Origin: Octopus sinensis
Taxonomy: Eukaryota
Reading direction: 5' to 3'
NCBI RefSeq assembly: GCF_006345805.1
Contig: NC_042997.1
Coordinates: 10,602,001 to 10,666,000, forward strand
Length of the DNA stretch: 64,000 nucleotides
The notes beneath the pieces were generated by a model that worked only from the letters and a program-made list of their open reading frames with translations, ran no database searches and was not told the DNA's origin. This document shows, in pieces, positions 15,697 through 29,076 of the stretch; position 1 is the first letter of the stretch; the number at the start of each line of letters is the position of its first letter. The position numbers and the translations under genes are program-made.

Positions 15697-15729
15697 AATA
15701 TACTGATATTTCAATAAGTGTAGTTTTTG

Positions 15730-16150
15730 TGGCGGCTAGCTGGCAGAACCGTTAGCACGCCAGACAAAAGCGTCTGTGTTTACGTTATGAGTTCAAATTC
15801 CTCCGAAGTCGACTTTGCCTTTCATCCTTTCGGGGTTGGTAAAATAAGTACCAGTTGAACACTGATATCAAAGTAATTGACTTTGTCCAACAGTCAAAAT
15901 TGCTGGCTTTGTGCCAAATTTTTTAATATTTGGAATTGTTACGGCGGCTAACTGGTACAACCATTAGCATATCGGGCAAAATGCTTAGCAGCATTTCGTC
16001 TGTCTTTACGTTCTGATTTCAAGTTCCGCCCAGGTTGACTTTACCTTTCATCCTTTCAGGGTCGATAGAAGAAGTACGAGTTGAACATTGGAGTCGACGT
16101 AATCGACTTCATCCTTGCCTCGAAATTTCTGGCCTTGTTCCAAAATTTGA
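15730..16150 (+). mobile_element. Two tandem SINE family 2 copies (15730-15925 and 15941-16150)
   Basis: Each has a GGCGGCTA-CTGG head, a GTTCAAATTCC-like B box and the CCTTTCATCCTTTC.GGGT domain. Confidence 0.8.
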
Positions 16151-16364
16151 AATCAGTATTTGTTATTGTTGTTCGAATGCATGCTTTCAATTTGATTTTG
16201 ATGACGAAATTATTACTTTTTCAAGTTTCTTGCATATTATTTAAGTATTCGCACTTAAATACCATCGTATCTCTGCACAATATCTTATATCTCCTGTCAA
16301 GAACGAACGAGACTTTGCAGATCTTAACTTCTCCCTCGAAGGCTATAGAAGAGTACAATATATA

Positions 16365-16929
16365 CTTACTTACTTGTACTTGTGACGGCGTTCACCCAGG
16401 GCGGGTTGAGCCGGCTTCTTCTCTGGTCCTGACGGATCACGAACCATGGCAGCCCACGATCGAAGGTCCTGTGCGAGGTCACTGGAGATAGCGAGCCATT
16501 CGCGGTTCCATCTGCGCCGACCGACTACCTGCGGACCTGAGAGTTCGGAGAGGTCCTCCTTTATCGTCCTTGCCCAGGTCTTCAGCTGCCCGCCCTAAAG
16601 TTCAACCCCTCGTCAAAGCGGTAGGGTGGTGTAAACGGGCAGTGTCAGAGCTATGCCGTCGGGAACTTCGGTTCCTGGTAGGGCCACCCAAGGCAGATTG
16701 GTCTGGCACCGAGTGGTATAAGGGCCGCAGCTTGGCCAACGGGGCTCTAGTGAAAATTCCAAGAGGCATCAGATCGGCAACCGGCGGCTTCGAGGTTGTT
16801 CTGTCCCTGCGTCTGTGGAGACTCCGCGACAAACAGGGCGATCCATCACTCGGGATATGCATGCGAGATGTCGGGGACCGCTTGTGAATTCAATATTCCC
16901 AGGAAACTTCTTCTATGAATCCTACTATG
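16365..16929 (-). mobile_element. RTE-clade LINE with 5' inversion and internal deletion, 14-bp TSD
   Basis: TSD GAGTACAATATATA at 16351-16364 and 16930-16943. 16365-16595 (minus) encodes GGQLKTWARTIKEDL...LAQDLRSWAAMVRD with a TAAG-repeat tail. 16596-16929 (plus) has RTE/BovB-type 5' UTR motifs AGAGCTATGCCGT and GGTAGGGCCACCCAAG. Confidence 0.85.
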
Positions 16930-18494
16930 GAGTACAATATATAAGCATCAACTGTTTCTTTTCCGAGAAGGACTGGTCTCACTCTGGCAACCAAAATCCA
17001 AATATTATAGTCTGGTGCCATTTTTATTTGTGTTTACGAGGAACTTCTCATATTAGTCTTTTTTTTTAAGTTCACATGTGAATGATAGTTTAACTGTGGT
17101 CTACTTGTATAATATACATTAGAATATACAGTAGTAGTTACATGTGATGTGAGAATAGATTCATAAATAATGTTCTTAAATTACAGAAATCTTCGTTTTA
17201 AGAAATTTAGTTTTGTCTGTAAAGTCACTGGTACATTATCTTAAGAATTTAAGATGTTAAATAGAACCTTCATTATATAATCTAAAGGATAAAAACTGCA
17301 TAAAAATGTATTCGCATGAAAGTATTTGCTAAAGTAGTCACAGCTTTTGTCTTCTATTATAATTCCATTAACATTTAAGATGCTTTATAGAAATATTAAA
17401 TCGACCGCAGTACTTGACTGGTAGCAAAGATGTAAAGGGCAGTGAAAATATATTTCTGGATTATTAAACATTGCCAGAATGATGTGTAGTGAAAGTATTC
17501 ACTGCAAGTTTAAATTCAGTTTGGGGCTTAAAGCTGCTTGGTTTTTCCTGCATGTCTACTACAGGCGTCTACATGTGTCGATATTGAGAAAACCAAGAAT
17601 ATACTGTCAACTTTTATGATATAAAATCGAAAATATGTGTATATCTGAATTATATCGATTATTTTTTGTTTCGAATTTTATGTCAAAGATAATCTTATCA
17701 AATTAATATCCACTAAGTTAATCTAGAACTTTCCCAGTAAATCATTTGTTTCCTTTTAGAAATTATTATAGAAACGACAGAGCGTTAAATTTTCAATGTT
17801 TCTGATCGAATGAACCATGTGGCTCAGGCAGAAGTTATTAAGCTAAACATGTACTATTTTAATGTTATTGCTTCGTTGAGAGTTCTCTAGTTGTTTATGA
17901 GAATAATTCGACATACTAATATATGCTTACTCTCTGTTAAACAGAGGAAATCAATTATGATCTTCTGTGAAAGAAAGTACTGATCCGGAGCTGTCTGATC
18001 TGCGACATTATACATAAATAAGTTAAATACTAATGGGTTGTCTATTTTTTTTTTATATAAAACTATCTTGGCTTAAGAGTGAATTGAAAGTTAAATAGAA
18101 ACAAAATATTACATAGATTTTCAGAATGACTGCAGTTTAGTTAGATTTTAATAAAATTTAGAAATGGATATTAGTTGTTAGTAAATACCATTATGCATGT
18201 AAAGTGCGTTTTAAAGATGCATTCTCGCCAGTATCCACTCTAAGTGAAAACAGAGCATGACTGAAATGTATACATTTGTTTGTTTGCTCCAAACTTCTAT
18301 TGGTACTTTGCTTATTACTTACCAACATATTACTAGAAGCAGGAGTAGTGGTATCAGTTTCTGTACGTTACACTATATAAATTCCAGTAGTCATTATTTA
18401 TTTATAACCGTTATTTATTAATTGCAACAAGTGTTTTATTAACATTAGATATATAAGCAAACATTAAACGAAGGATTAATTTTCAGATATTTAT

Positions 18495-18985
18495 AAGGAA
18501 TGCGAAATCCAGGAGTATTGAAGCTCATTTTGCAACCACGTAGTTTCTGGTTTTGAACAATTACACAGCACCTTGGGCAAGTTTCTGCATTTATAGCCCC
18601 GGGTCATCCAACGCCTTATGATTAAATCTGGTAAACTGAAACTCTGAGAAAACGCATCGTATGCACATGTTTGTGAATGTGTGTATGCGAGAGACGAGAG
18701 AGGGAGCGAGGGAGAGAGGGAGAGAGAAAGTGTGTGTGTATGTGTGTGTGTGTGTGTGTGCGTAGGTGTGTTTGTGTTTGTGTTATGCTTGCCTCTCACT
18801 ACCGCTTGACAACCGGTATTGGTTTGTTTATATCCTGATAAATTAGCAGCTTGGCAAGAGACTGATAGAATAAGTACCAGACTTTAAAAAAAAATAAATG
18901 CTGGGGTCAGTTTGTTCTAATATACCTTCCAAGGTGATGCCCCAGCACAGCCATAGTTCAATGACAGAAACAAATAAAATATAAA
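18495..18985 (+). mobile_element. Old, diverged SINE family 1 copy
   Basis: CACCTTGGGCAAG, CGCTTGACAACCG, GATAGAATAAGTAC and ATGACAGAAACAA tail motifs in plus orientation. Confidence 0.75.
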
Positions 18986-20356
18986 AGATATATATACACA
19001 CAGACTGTACAGTTGACCGCTCAACCTCTATTCGGTAACGCGATTTTAACTGTGTTAAATCGACTATTGCTACATTCATCTTTCTGTTCAGCAACAAAAT
19101 CACATAATCCCCACCACCAACTTCAACATCGACCTTCACAACCAACTTACGAGAGAGCTACGATCCAATGGGATAAATTCTGAATGTTCATTCAACCTGC
19201 AATCAAATCTGCCTTACATTACACTCGAATTTTTTTTTCTTTTTTAGTAATTTTATAGAACAACATTAATATGCTCTGTCTGAAAAAATTTGATCATTGG
19301 ACTGTTTTATCAGTATTAGCCAGAGGCTAAACAACAACAATACAAGCAATTGAAATTATCCTCTGCTGTGTGAATAGATTCATATTAGAATAAACGCGTT
19401 TGCATGTATTGAAGACTAAGTTTTCAATGCTAGGAAGGGTGTCGGATATAGATTTAATTTCTGCTAATAACATAGAGGATGTGACACCAGACAACACTGA
19501 CACAAAAAGTGGATTTGCAATGTCAAACATGACAATAACTGTAATGAACCAAGATGAAGTTCTACTGAAGGGTATTATCACAATAATTTTTTTGTGATTC
19601 GGTAATTCGTAATGTGGAAACGAATTCTCTAAAAGGTCAGGGAGTTCATCAAACAAGAAGAAAATTACATTTACAGTGGTATAAGTGTAACTTTTAGTGA
19701 CTAATGTTTTTTAACCCCGGGTCTACCCTGATTGATTGTATCTATAATGAAAAACATTCTATACATGAGCTTGCTTTCCATCCGTCGGATATTGTGTATT
19801 ATTTGGGACTATATTATCGAATGTGTTCCTCCCTTTTCAAGACTGTAGACCATAATTTGAAGGACATTTAATTGCTTTCTGTAGTGAGTCGAGGAACCAT
19901 ATAAAAGTTCCTGAGTAGGCTGAACTGATCTATATTGTTGTTGGCATTCTAGCCGTGACCATCCAGTATAGTATTTCTCCGACCACAATATATAATTTGT
20001 TCGTGCGACCATTTTGACACTTTCATAAACTCAACAACTGATTCTTCGTAATGATAATGATAGCAGCGAAGTTACTGTGGTGGTGGATGATTTCAGGAGT
20101 GGTGATTGTATTGTAATGAGGATTGAGATGGCTGTAGTAGCGCTAGTGGTTGTTTTGGCGAGAAGGATTATGACTGTGTCGATAACGGTTGAGATGTAGG
20201 AGAATTGCAGTGATAGTAGTGATGATGGTAATATTAGTGGTGAAGGTAGTGGTGATACAGTGGAGGAGTGGTAGTGGTGACTCTGATAGTAGCGATGGTT
20301 TGATGTTGGTAGTAGTGACGTTGATTGTGGGTGTGATAGTCTTAGCGACAATTTGG

Positions 20357-20569
20357 GGTTTGAATTTTGGAATACGGCCAGAAGTTCGGGAAGGGGGGCC
20401 TAAGTCGATTACATCGACCCCAGTGATCAACTATTACTTATTTTATCGTCCCCGAAAGGATGAAAAGCAAAATCGACCTCGGTGGAATTGGAACTCAGAA
20501 AGTAATGACGGACGAAATACCGCTAAGCATTTCACCTGCCGTACTAACAACTCTACTAGCTTGCCGCCT
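20357..20569 (-). mobile_element. SINE family 2
   Basis: CCCCGAAAGGATGAAAAGCAAA and terminal CCGCCTT are the reverse complement of family 2. Confidence 0.85.
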
Positions 20570-21385
20570 TAGTGTCAACAATAATATTGGTGGTAAAGCT
20601 AGTTCTGTTATAAAAAGAAATGGTTAATCCCTTAATCTCAGCCTTTAGCAGTCTATTTTTATGCTCCCACTCCTTTATCTTTTTGTTTGTTGAGTTTCGT
20701 ATCTAGCCACAGAAGTACAATTGTCTGTCTAAAATGTTCCATGTGTGGACAAACAGAATACAGAGAATAGAGAAAACGAATACAATTATTACGATATTAT
20801 AGTTAATTGGAAACAGTAGTACTGAAAATGTCAAACTTCAAAAACGGTTGCAATGACATTAAGATGGTGTCTGTATGTTGAATAATAAAGCAAAAAAAAA
20901 GAAGAGAAACAAAAGACAGATGAAACAGCAACAATTTTACCTTTTATGTTTACTACATTTGCTTATTATTACAATGGGAAAAAAATTCTAGAAACGTGGT
21001 TTATTTTTCTTGTGCTTTATTTTCTTTCTATATATTTTTCTCGAATAGTCAAAGACTGAAACATTACCCAAAATATTTAAGTAATTGTACACGCCTGTAT
21101 TATTACTACATATTCGGAGAGATACAAGATATAAAAATTATTATAACATCATTTCATATTTATGTTATCTTTTGAAAATTAGAGTCCTATTACCCTGTCT
21201 CGCTTCATAGCTATATGTGTGTATATGCACAAGTAAGAGAAGAAAGTACATATACATGTAATAGTATATATCTAAGGGAAGCTGAGACCTCATGGCATCG
21301 TTATTCTGAGTGACAGATAGAGGAAACTAAAAGGAGCGATGAATATAGCCTCCGTTTTCAATACATACACGCAAACGCTCAACAC

Positions 21386-21454
<69 letters not shown>

Positions 21455-24429
21455 GCAAATACAGATAATTAATTAATATTTATATGTACATCGGTGTTTG
21501 GTGTACGCAAAAATCTTCTGAATTAATTGAAACGTCTCTTTTTATTGCAGGAAGACAAAAGTAGCAAATGTTAGCGACTCTCAAAGCAAAGGGGAGATAA
21601 TTTCAAGAAATTCCTCCCTAAACATGAAAAGAAATTCTCATGCTTAGGGAGAAAAACCTGATTAAACTACCTCACAAATATGTTACTTACAATTGTTGCA
21701 TTTTCTTTGATATTTTGTCCTTAACAAAATGGGAAATTTTAATCGACTGCAATGTATGACTGATACATAATATCTCGTAACGGAGAGAGGAAAAGCAAAA
21801 TGGACTTCAACAGGGTTTGAAATGAGGAGACAGAATAATAATTGCTGCTTTGCTATGGTCTTGCTCACTAGTGAAATTTAATCAAACCTAAAAGAAAATT
21901 CAATTATTGAGTCTAAAGACAGTAAGAATTGTGTTTCTTAAAAATGACCTAAGAGAATCAATCGAATGATGAATATCGGAAGATACCACTTTCATTGACA
22001 GAATAACGAGAAAACGTTTTCATAATGGGATTTCGATTTCGATCTAACATCAAAAGACAATATAAAAGCCTATAACAACATTCAAGTATAAGAATCAAAA
22101 TCGATTTTTAGATTAACTGCGCAGCAATAAGTGCAATACGCGTAAACTGGTATAATCCAAAGCCTGTAATTATTTCACTCTTTACTTTGCTTTATATATT
22201 TACACAGCACTTTGAAAATGTAAGCCATATTATTTACCGTTCAATCTTAGTTTAACAATCACTAAAAGGAAATGAAATATTTTTAGAAAAACGAAATTTA
22301 AATATATCTTGAGTTTATTTTTGCGACTTAGACGGAAATTTAATACTCGCTCTTGGACCACAATAAATAAAATTGAATTAACTGTTACTTAAAGAAGGGC
22401 AAGTTTAGTTTCTGGTTAGAGGATAAATTGATATCATGGTGTTCTACATCCTACTGCAACAACACGAGTCGTAGTTTCTTCTCTTTCCTCAATCAGCTTC
22501 AAACTCAATGGCAAATATAATGGCTGCCGACCTTCCTCTCTAAAAACCAAGAATGAGGCACCCTGCGCTCGCAGTCACATTTGAAATTGCCTACCAACAA
22601 AGCTATCCAAATATCCATATAAGAAAAACATAGTTATATCTATAAGACCAAAACACTACCACTACTAACACTACTTAAGGCATAAAAAATTGTTAACCGC
22701 CGTACTTGTCTTGTGACATTAATCATCAGTCAAACTGCATACGAATTTATTAGTTTAATAGTCAGAAATTCATAACAGATAATTAGCATTTGTATTTTGT
22801 GGTTCATTTGTGCATGAGCATGTTTCTATTAAATATTTAAATTCAATATTGTAAAACGTGTTAAAGTATTCCCTTCTTCAAAGCTCGTGAAGGCAATTGC
22901 TGACGATACTTCTTTTTTCGATGAAAAACGGAACGATAATTTAATTACGTTAAATAGAAATTTTGTATAGGTGTATGTTTATCCATGCATGCCTCGCTTG
23001 TAAAGATGTGGTTACAGTTCATAAAAGTATAATCTTCACCCTCACTATTAGATCAGGCATTAAAAAATACGAAAAGCTGAATGATCTCTACGTTTGGGTA
23101 ACTATAATTAAAAGGGTCATTGAAAATAAAAGCAACCTATTTTCAGAAGACGTTTTGATGAAAATAATTCCATAACATAAGTGATGGCGTATTTGAGCTT
23201 TATTGCAAATTAAGTGAAACTTCATTGAACAATATGTGTTTGTTATAGAGTGTATAATTGTTGTTACACGAATTTTAACTCAAAGAAGTCAGATTACATC
23301 AGAATATTGATTTGCCGCGAAAGAAAGTCTCTGACGGTGTAAAAACGATATCTAAGTATCCTTGAAACAAGCAACGTAGCAATGTTTGTTTTATTCGAAG
23401 GTTGTAGATGAGACAACAAATATATTTAAAACGGCTTAGTGGGCTATATATGTATGTAGAATGCGGTACACTTTACGATATGAGAAGACTTATTCACTAG
23501 GATACGGATGTATATGAAAAGACTTATTCGCTAGGATATCATATGTGAAGATCTTTTTATTGAGGTCAAGTAAGCAATAACTGATTTCAATATGCTTTAT
23601 GGAACTTATTAGCGTAGATATAAACGGAGTGTCATCTGCAGTAGTTTCTCAATCAGAATTTTTTACTTTAATCAGTTTAACTTAGAGAGAATACTTCGAT
23701 AATATGGCATTATTTTATTCACCAACGAAACGTGTGTACAGTCTTAGAATTTACATTTCAATGAATATGAGAAGAAAATGAACTGAGGTCACAAAACTAG
23801 CGATTAAACAATACATGATTCCGAAGTGGATATGAAGATTTACTGAACCATTTTTGATTTGATTTTTCCAGTTTCAGCTAATGAGCTGTGGCCATGCTGG
23901 GGCATTGTGAGGTTTCCTAGATAAAAAAAATAAACAAAAGTAAACACTTCTATGAGCCTAAGATTAAAGTGAAACTTCACAGATATCAAAAGCGTTCCTA
24001 TTGTCGTAACAGACGCCTAAAATTAGTTGTATGACTTGGTATTTTTGATTGATATCATTGTTCATTTAGATTATTTAAGTTTGCACTGGCTTTTAATTTC
24101 AATGCTGCAATTGTCCGTAACTTAACTGAAAAACCATTTTCCAAGACTGAAATAAATCCAAATCACTATTTTGATATCGTCTGTAGTCCACCCAACTTCG
24201 ACTGAATAGAATAAGCATCAATGTTCAAATAGAATCTTAATTCAAACTATAAAAATAATTGTAATCCCTAACCATATTTAAAGAGCAAAAATATCAAATT
24301 CATAAAAAATACAAATAATGTGATGGTAAAAATTTACAACCAAACAAACAATCAATCAATACATACAACTTTTTCCTAAATACGCAAATGTCGCCGTGGC
24401 CCCCTAAAAATGTTGTCTAACCCACTTCT

Positions 24430-24670
24430 AGGCCGTTTGGTTACCTCGTGTTGTTCGCGCCCACTACGCCCCGGGCGCCCCGTATGAAACCGCGCGCGCC
24501 GCCAGACGACAGCCCGGCAACGCGCCGGGAGGCGCAGAGCGCCGACGCGAGAGAAGGCCGCGCGCGGGTCCGGCGGCGTCCGCCACGAGCGCTCTCCGTC
24601 GCGCCGGGAAGGCGCAGCGTAGGCGACGCGACGAAGCTTAAACCATGCAAGTGTAAGTCCATGCCGTAAA
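24430..24670. other. Isolated GC/CpG-rich island, possibly an rDNA-derived insertion
   Basis: 24461-24630 is 134/170 G+C (79%) in AT-rich flanks. 24634-24666 resembles the 5' region of 18S rRNA. Confidence 0.5.
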
Positions 24671-25522
24671 CGCCATAAAGAAAAGCACCACTAAACTGAC
24701 TTACGCCAGATACGCTTACTAGATAAATTTTCCAACGGTTAATGCAACCATTTAATTCGTTGTGGAAATGCACACAATTAATTGACATTTTCTAAAGTTG
24801 AAAACATTTATCACCAATTTATTTCATCATTTAATAAAATAACGAGTATTCAGTCTATTGAATGTATTGTATATTTGACTATTAAAGTGCTAGGTCGTAG
24901 ATGCCAAAAGCCTACAAGGGAATTACTATAATTCCGCCTGACATACATTACGTTATTTGTAAAGAAGGGGGAAAAATGTGTTGATTATTAAAGAAAATTA
25001 GGGTCATTTGTTGTAGCAACCATTTGGTCAATTTATTTAGTATCTTCCTAACACACTGATGCTATTTGAAAAGAAACAAATAAACATACGGACAAGTACG
25101 CACCAACATATTTCAATCACTCGTTTGACCTATCAACTTTGTAGGTTAATTCTTTTAACCTACATCTCGCCAAAATGACCTACATTGTAACTGGCCTATT
25201 CCAAGGTTAAATGATTTAGACTAATGGTTATGTTCCACAAACAAAATATAAAACGGTTATTTGAAGCTGTAAATATCGACGTATTTCTTAGAAAGTGTTT
25301 TTGCGTGTATTAAACTATGCTTGCTATGTATGTACGTGTATAATATACATTAAATGTTTATAGCTGCGCCAGAAACAGAAGGTCGGGAAGAAGGACTAGA
25401 AGAAAATAACGTCAGATGGAGAGGTAGATATAAAAACTAAATAGCTCACGGGGAGATTATGCACAAAGAGAATACAAATACACCATGTACGTAAAAGAAT
25501 GTGTAAAGAAAAATGAGATACC

Positions 25523-25683
<161 letters not shown>

Positions 25684-26509
25684 TAGAAAGACAGACCTAC
25701 TGACAGGCAGATGTGATTGGCATGTGTGTATATATGTTATATGTGATTGGCTTGTGTGCATATGTTATATGTGTGCGTACATGAGAAACAGCATGTCTGT
25801 GTCGTCTGCACGCCGTCCTCCATATTTATCTCTCTACTTCATCATTTAACTTTGGCAATGTAAGAATTTGCTTCTTTTATCTAAACATCTTCCTTCTGCA
25901 ATTATGTCGACTGTAGAACTTAAGAAGTTAATAAGTATCTGACATTTAAATGAACAAATCTTAATCTGATGAGAAAGTTTAACCTGCATAATTTTTCTGA
26001 CATTTCTGATACGTGAACAGTCTCTACTATTGTTGCTTCTATTATTTTAATACTGCAAGAAGAAGAAAAAAGTAGGAAAGAAAAGGAAGAAAACAATGAG
26101 TCTGGCATTGTAATGTCTAAAGAAAACTGAAAATAATTGTTTATCACTTGGTTCAATCAAAACATTTTATTTATCAAATCGTTCAGGATATTAGTGAAAT
26201 TATAATTAAATTTATTTAATCAATAAAATGAAATGATATTTCTGTTTACTAAAATACTTCAGCACTTTTTGGAGGCTTTTTATGCATACCATATGCATGT
26301 GTATTTGTGTGTCCATGTGTACGTGAGTGTGTGGGCGAGAGTGTTTATCTACACATGTATGTTTGTTCGTGCGGATATTTTTGCAGAGGTTATGGGAAAT
26401 GTTTTGGAGAAATAATTTTGTACACAACTGACGTTTCGAAATACTCATGCAAAATAGACGTCATCGGCATAATATATGTATAATCCACACGAAAAGAATT
26501 TCGGACAGT

Positions 26510-26925
26510 TGTACTTGTTTCAGTTACTGAACTATGGCCATGCTAGGGCAACATTTTTCAAGGCTTTTAATCAAAGAAATCGACAGCAGTACTTATTTTT
26601 TAAACTTGGTACTTATTCTATTGGACTCTTTTCCTATAGTGCTAAATTACAGAGGCACAAACAGACCAATATCAGTCGCCAAATCAAACACACACATACA
26701 TTCACACACACACATGCACATTACGTAAACACTTACACATAGACATACACTTACACATAGACATACACATACATTTACTACGACGTGCATCTGTCGACCA
26801 AATTCAGTCACATGGCATTATTCGGCCCATGGCTATAGAAGAAAACACCCAAGGTGCTGAGCAGGGGAGCTGTACCCGAAACCATGCAATTGTAAATCGT
26901 GCTTTTTAGCCACACAGCCAAGCCT
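26510..26925 (-). mobile_element. Old SINE family 1 copy
   Basis: TACTTGTTTCAGT...GGCCATGCT tail and CCACACAGCCA head motifs, diverged. Confidence 0.75.
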
Positions 26926-28099
26926 ATGCACATATAAGAAATTCTAAATATTTCACTGCTTTGAACCATTAAACTTAACCATACTTCTCTACTACTTTTT
27001 CCCTTTATATTCTTTTAATCAATTCTTTGAAGAAAAATTCCAGTTTTTAACTAAAAAACAAAACTATCATTGGAATTTACGCTGAAAAAATCTCAGTGCT
27101 AAGTTATATTTTAAACTTTAGTAAAGCCTTGTGTATTCTTACAGTGCCCCTTACTTTGGCATTTTACTTTGCAGAAAAGCCTAAATTTTCAGAATTATTA
27201 AGCATTTAGCTGCACCGAATACTCAAAAGATAACAGTTCCCAACGTAAGATTATATTCTAGGTAAAGAAGTTGTGTGATTCAAAGCAATTATTCTTGTCA
27301 TTTAGGAAATGTTTACATCAACTCAGCAACCGATCTCTACACCAGTACATCATTTTGTCTCACGAAATTATGTCGCGTTCTATTCATTGTTGCTGTTGTT
27401 TAACCCCAGGTTAACCTTCATTGAACATGACCAAAGGTATCCCAGTCGTGACCATTCCATCTTTTAAGGGACCAAGGACTACATTTTACGGAGTGTGTTT
27501 TGAAAGAGATGGAGAGAGAGAGGGAGAGAGAGAACGCGAGAGAGATTTGACTGCTATTTCTAGCAGATCGAAAGGCTACATAGAGGGACTCTCTTGTAGT
27601 TGCACAGCTACGTTCTTGAAAATATTTTTGTGGAACACGTGGAACACAATCCATAGAATTCTTTCTATATGTCAGAGCAGTTGTTTCAAGGAGCGGCATT
27701 GCTTATTGTTTTAGAACGAACAGAGCGTCATGTGGTAACACTGGTATTCTGAAAAAACAAAACCTCTGACTATGTATTTATGCATGTGTGTATTTGCGTA
27801 TAGATATTTGTAAATACAGATGGATGAATAGATGAATAAATGAATATGTGCTCGTGTATCAAGATAAATGTACTGTCAAATGTCTTTGTAAATGTTTTTA
27901 AAAAGAATTGTAAATATGTGTGCCTTCGTGTGTGTAAATATGTAAATATTTCTTCCATTGGTATTTTTGTTACAATTTTCTAATAGTTTACTGAATTGAT
28001 TCTGTTATATTACTAGTACCTAATTTATTGACCTCGTCGACAGGAAAGGTAAAGTCGTTACACATTGAATTTCAACATAAAAGACAAAAGTACGACCTT

Positions 28100-28215
28100 C
28101 ATCATCATCATTGTTCGACCGTGGTCGAGACAATGGAATTTACCATGCTACGCCAGACTTCACGGTCCATCATGGCATTACGGAGGTCCTGTTGCTGGAT
28201 GCCTGTATCCCTGGA
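28100..28215 (-). mobile_element. Short 3' end of a second RTE-type LINE with 9-bp TSD
   Basis: Minus-strand peptide RDTGIQQQDLRNAMMDREVWRSMV, a (TGA)n tail and TSD TACGACCTT (28091-28099, 28216-28224). It lies inside a decayed family 2 SINE. Confidence 0.8.
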
Positions 28216-28615
28216 TACGACCTTAAATACAGTAAGTTTCCGCTAACATATGGTACTTGAATAAAAATATGGTTGACATCATTCATGAAAGAAATACAAT
28301 TACAAAATATCGTTTTAATCGAACACCGTAGAGTTCTATGCGAATCTGTTTAGGATTTAGAGTTGAACATTTTTTCACAGGCACCAACTCTTTGAATATT
28401 CTAGCGAGTGATATTAATATCACTAAGTCACAACAATTTAGATTTTTATGTGTATATAAATTCAGTCTGCTTATTCCGCAAGTGAATTTCCAAAGATATG
28501 TAGACTTACAGCTAAGTTATTATAACCCCAAACTTTTTGACAGGTCAAGCGCGAAAATACCACTCTCCGGTTTCGAAACTTTAGAGTTGCTCTTCAAACA
28601 AATTATTCCAACACG

Positions 28616-29076
28616 TTGAGCAATCGATTTTGTATTTCTGTTCGCAAAAAACTGGCGAAATTTTGGTTAAGCGAAATTACATGAAACGTCATGTTGTATG
28701 AATGTCAAGCAGTTCTTAGCACTATATTATGTCACCATCAAAATAAACTGATTCCTAAAAATATATATATATATTGACGTAGACAGAAAATAAAACCGAA
28801 TCAGATACCAATAGTCCATATGATGGTACACCATCTTATGAACTTTTCTCTGTACCGTCTTATAACCTTTTTAGTATCTGATTCGGTTACTTCTTCTATG
28901 CTAAAAGTTTTCTCCATAAATTAGTAGACCCTTTCTAGAAATTAGTTTATTTTTACGCCGATATAACGCAGTGCCCGGAAATATTTAACAATCATAACTC
29001 TTGGCGTTCCATATAACTTTGTTTAACCAAAATTAGCCAGTTCTTTGGAAACGAAAGTACAAAATCGATTGCTTAA
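28616..29076. mobile_element. Foldback MITE (long imperfect palindrome)
   Basis: GCAATCGATTTTGTA...TTTTGGTTAA at left and TTAACCAAAA...TACAAAATCGATTGC at right. Inner ACCGAATCAGATAC/GTATCTGATTCGGT pair, centre ~28840. Ends TTGA/TTAA. Confidence 0.8.

Noticed and set aside
16493-16507. 15-nt match (minus strand AACCGCGAATGGCTC) to 18S rRNA
   Set aside because: Lies in frame within the RTE ORF end (WNREWL); coincidental.
19327-19656. 109-aa minus ORF and overlapping 65-aa plus ORF as a host exon
   Set aside because: No recognisable domain and no convincing acceptor/donor pair.
21530-21930. Acceptor-like TTTTATTGCAG ending at 21550
   Set aside because: All three frames close within ~100 nt and no strong nearby donor or branch point is present. 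A UTR exon cannot be excluded but is unsupported.
24413-24423. TTGTCTAACCC before the GC island as a telomerase RNA template
   Set aside because: Only 7 nt complementary to TTAGGG repeats, with no pseudoknot or H/ACA seen. The context looks like a decayed MITE end.
24441-24788. Arg/Ala/Gly-rich ORFs on both strands of the GC island
   Set aside because: Open frames are expected from 79% GC, and there is no domain signal.
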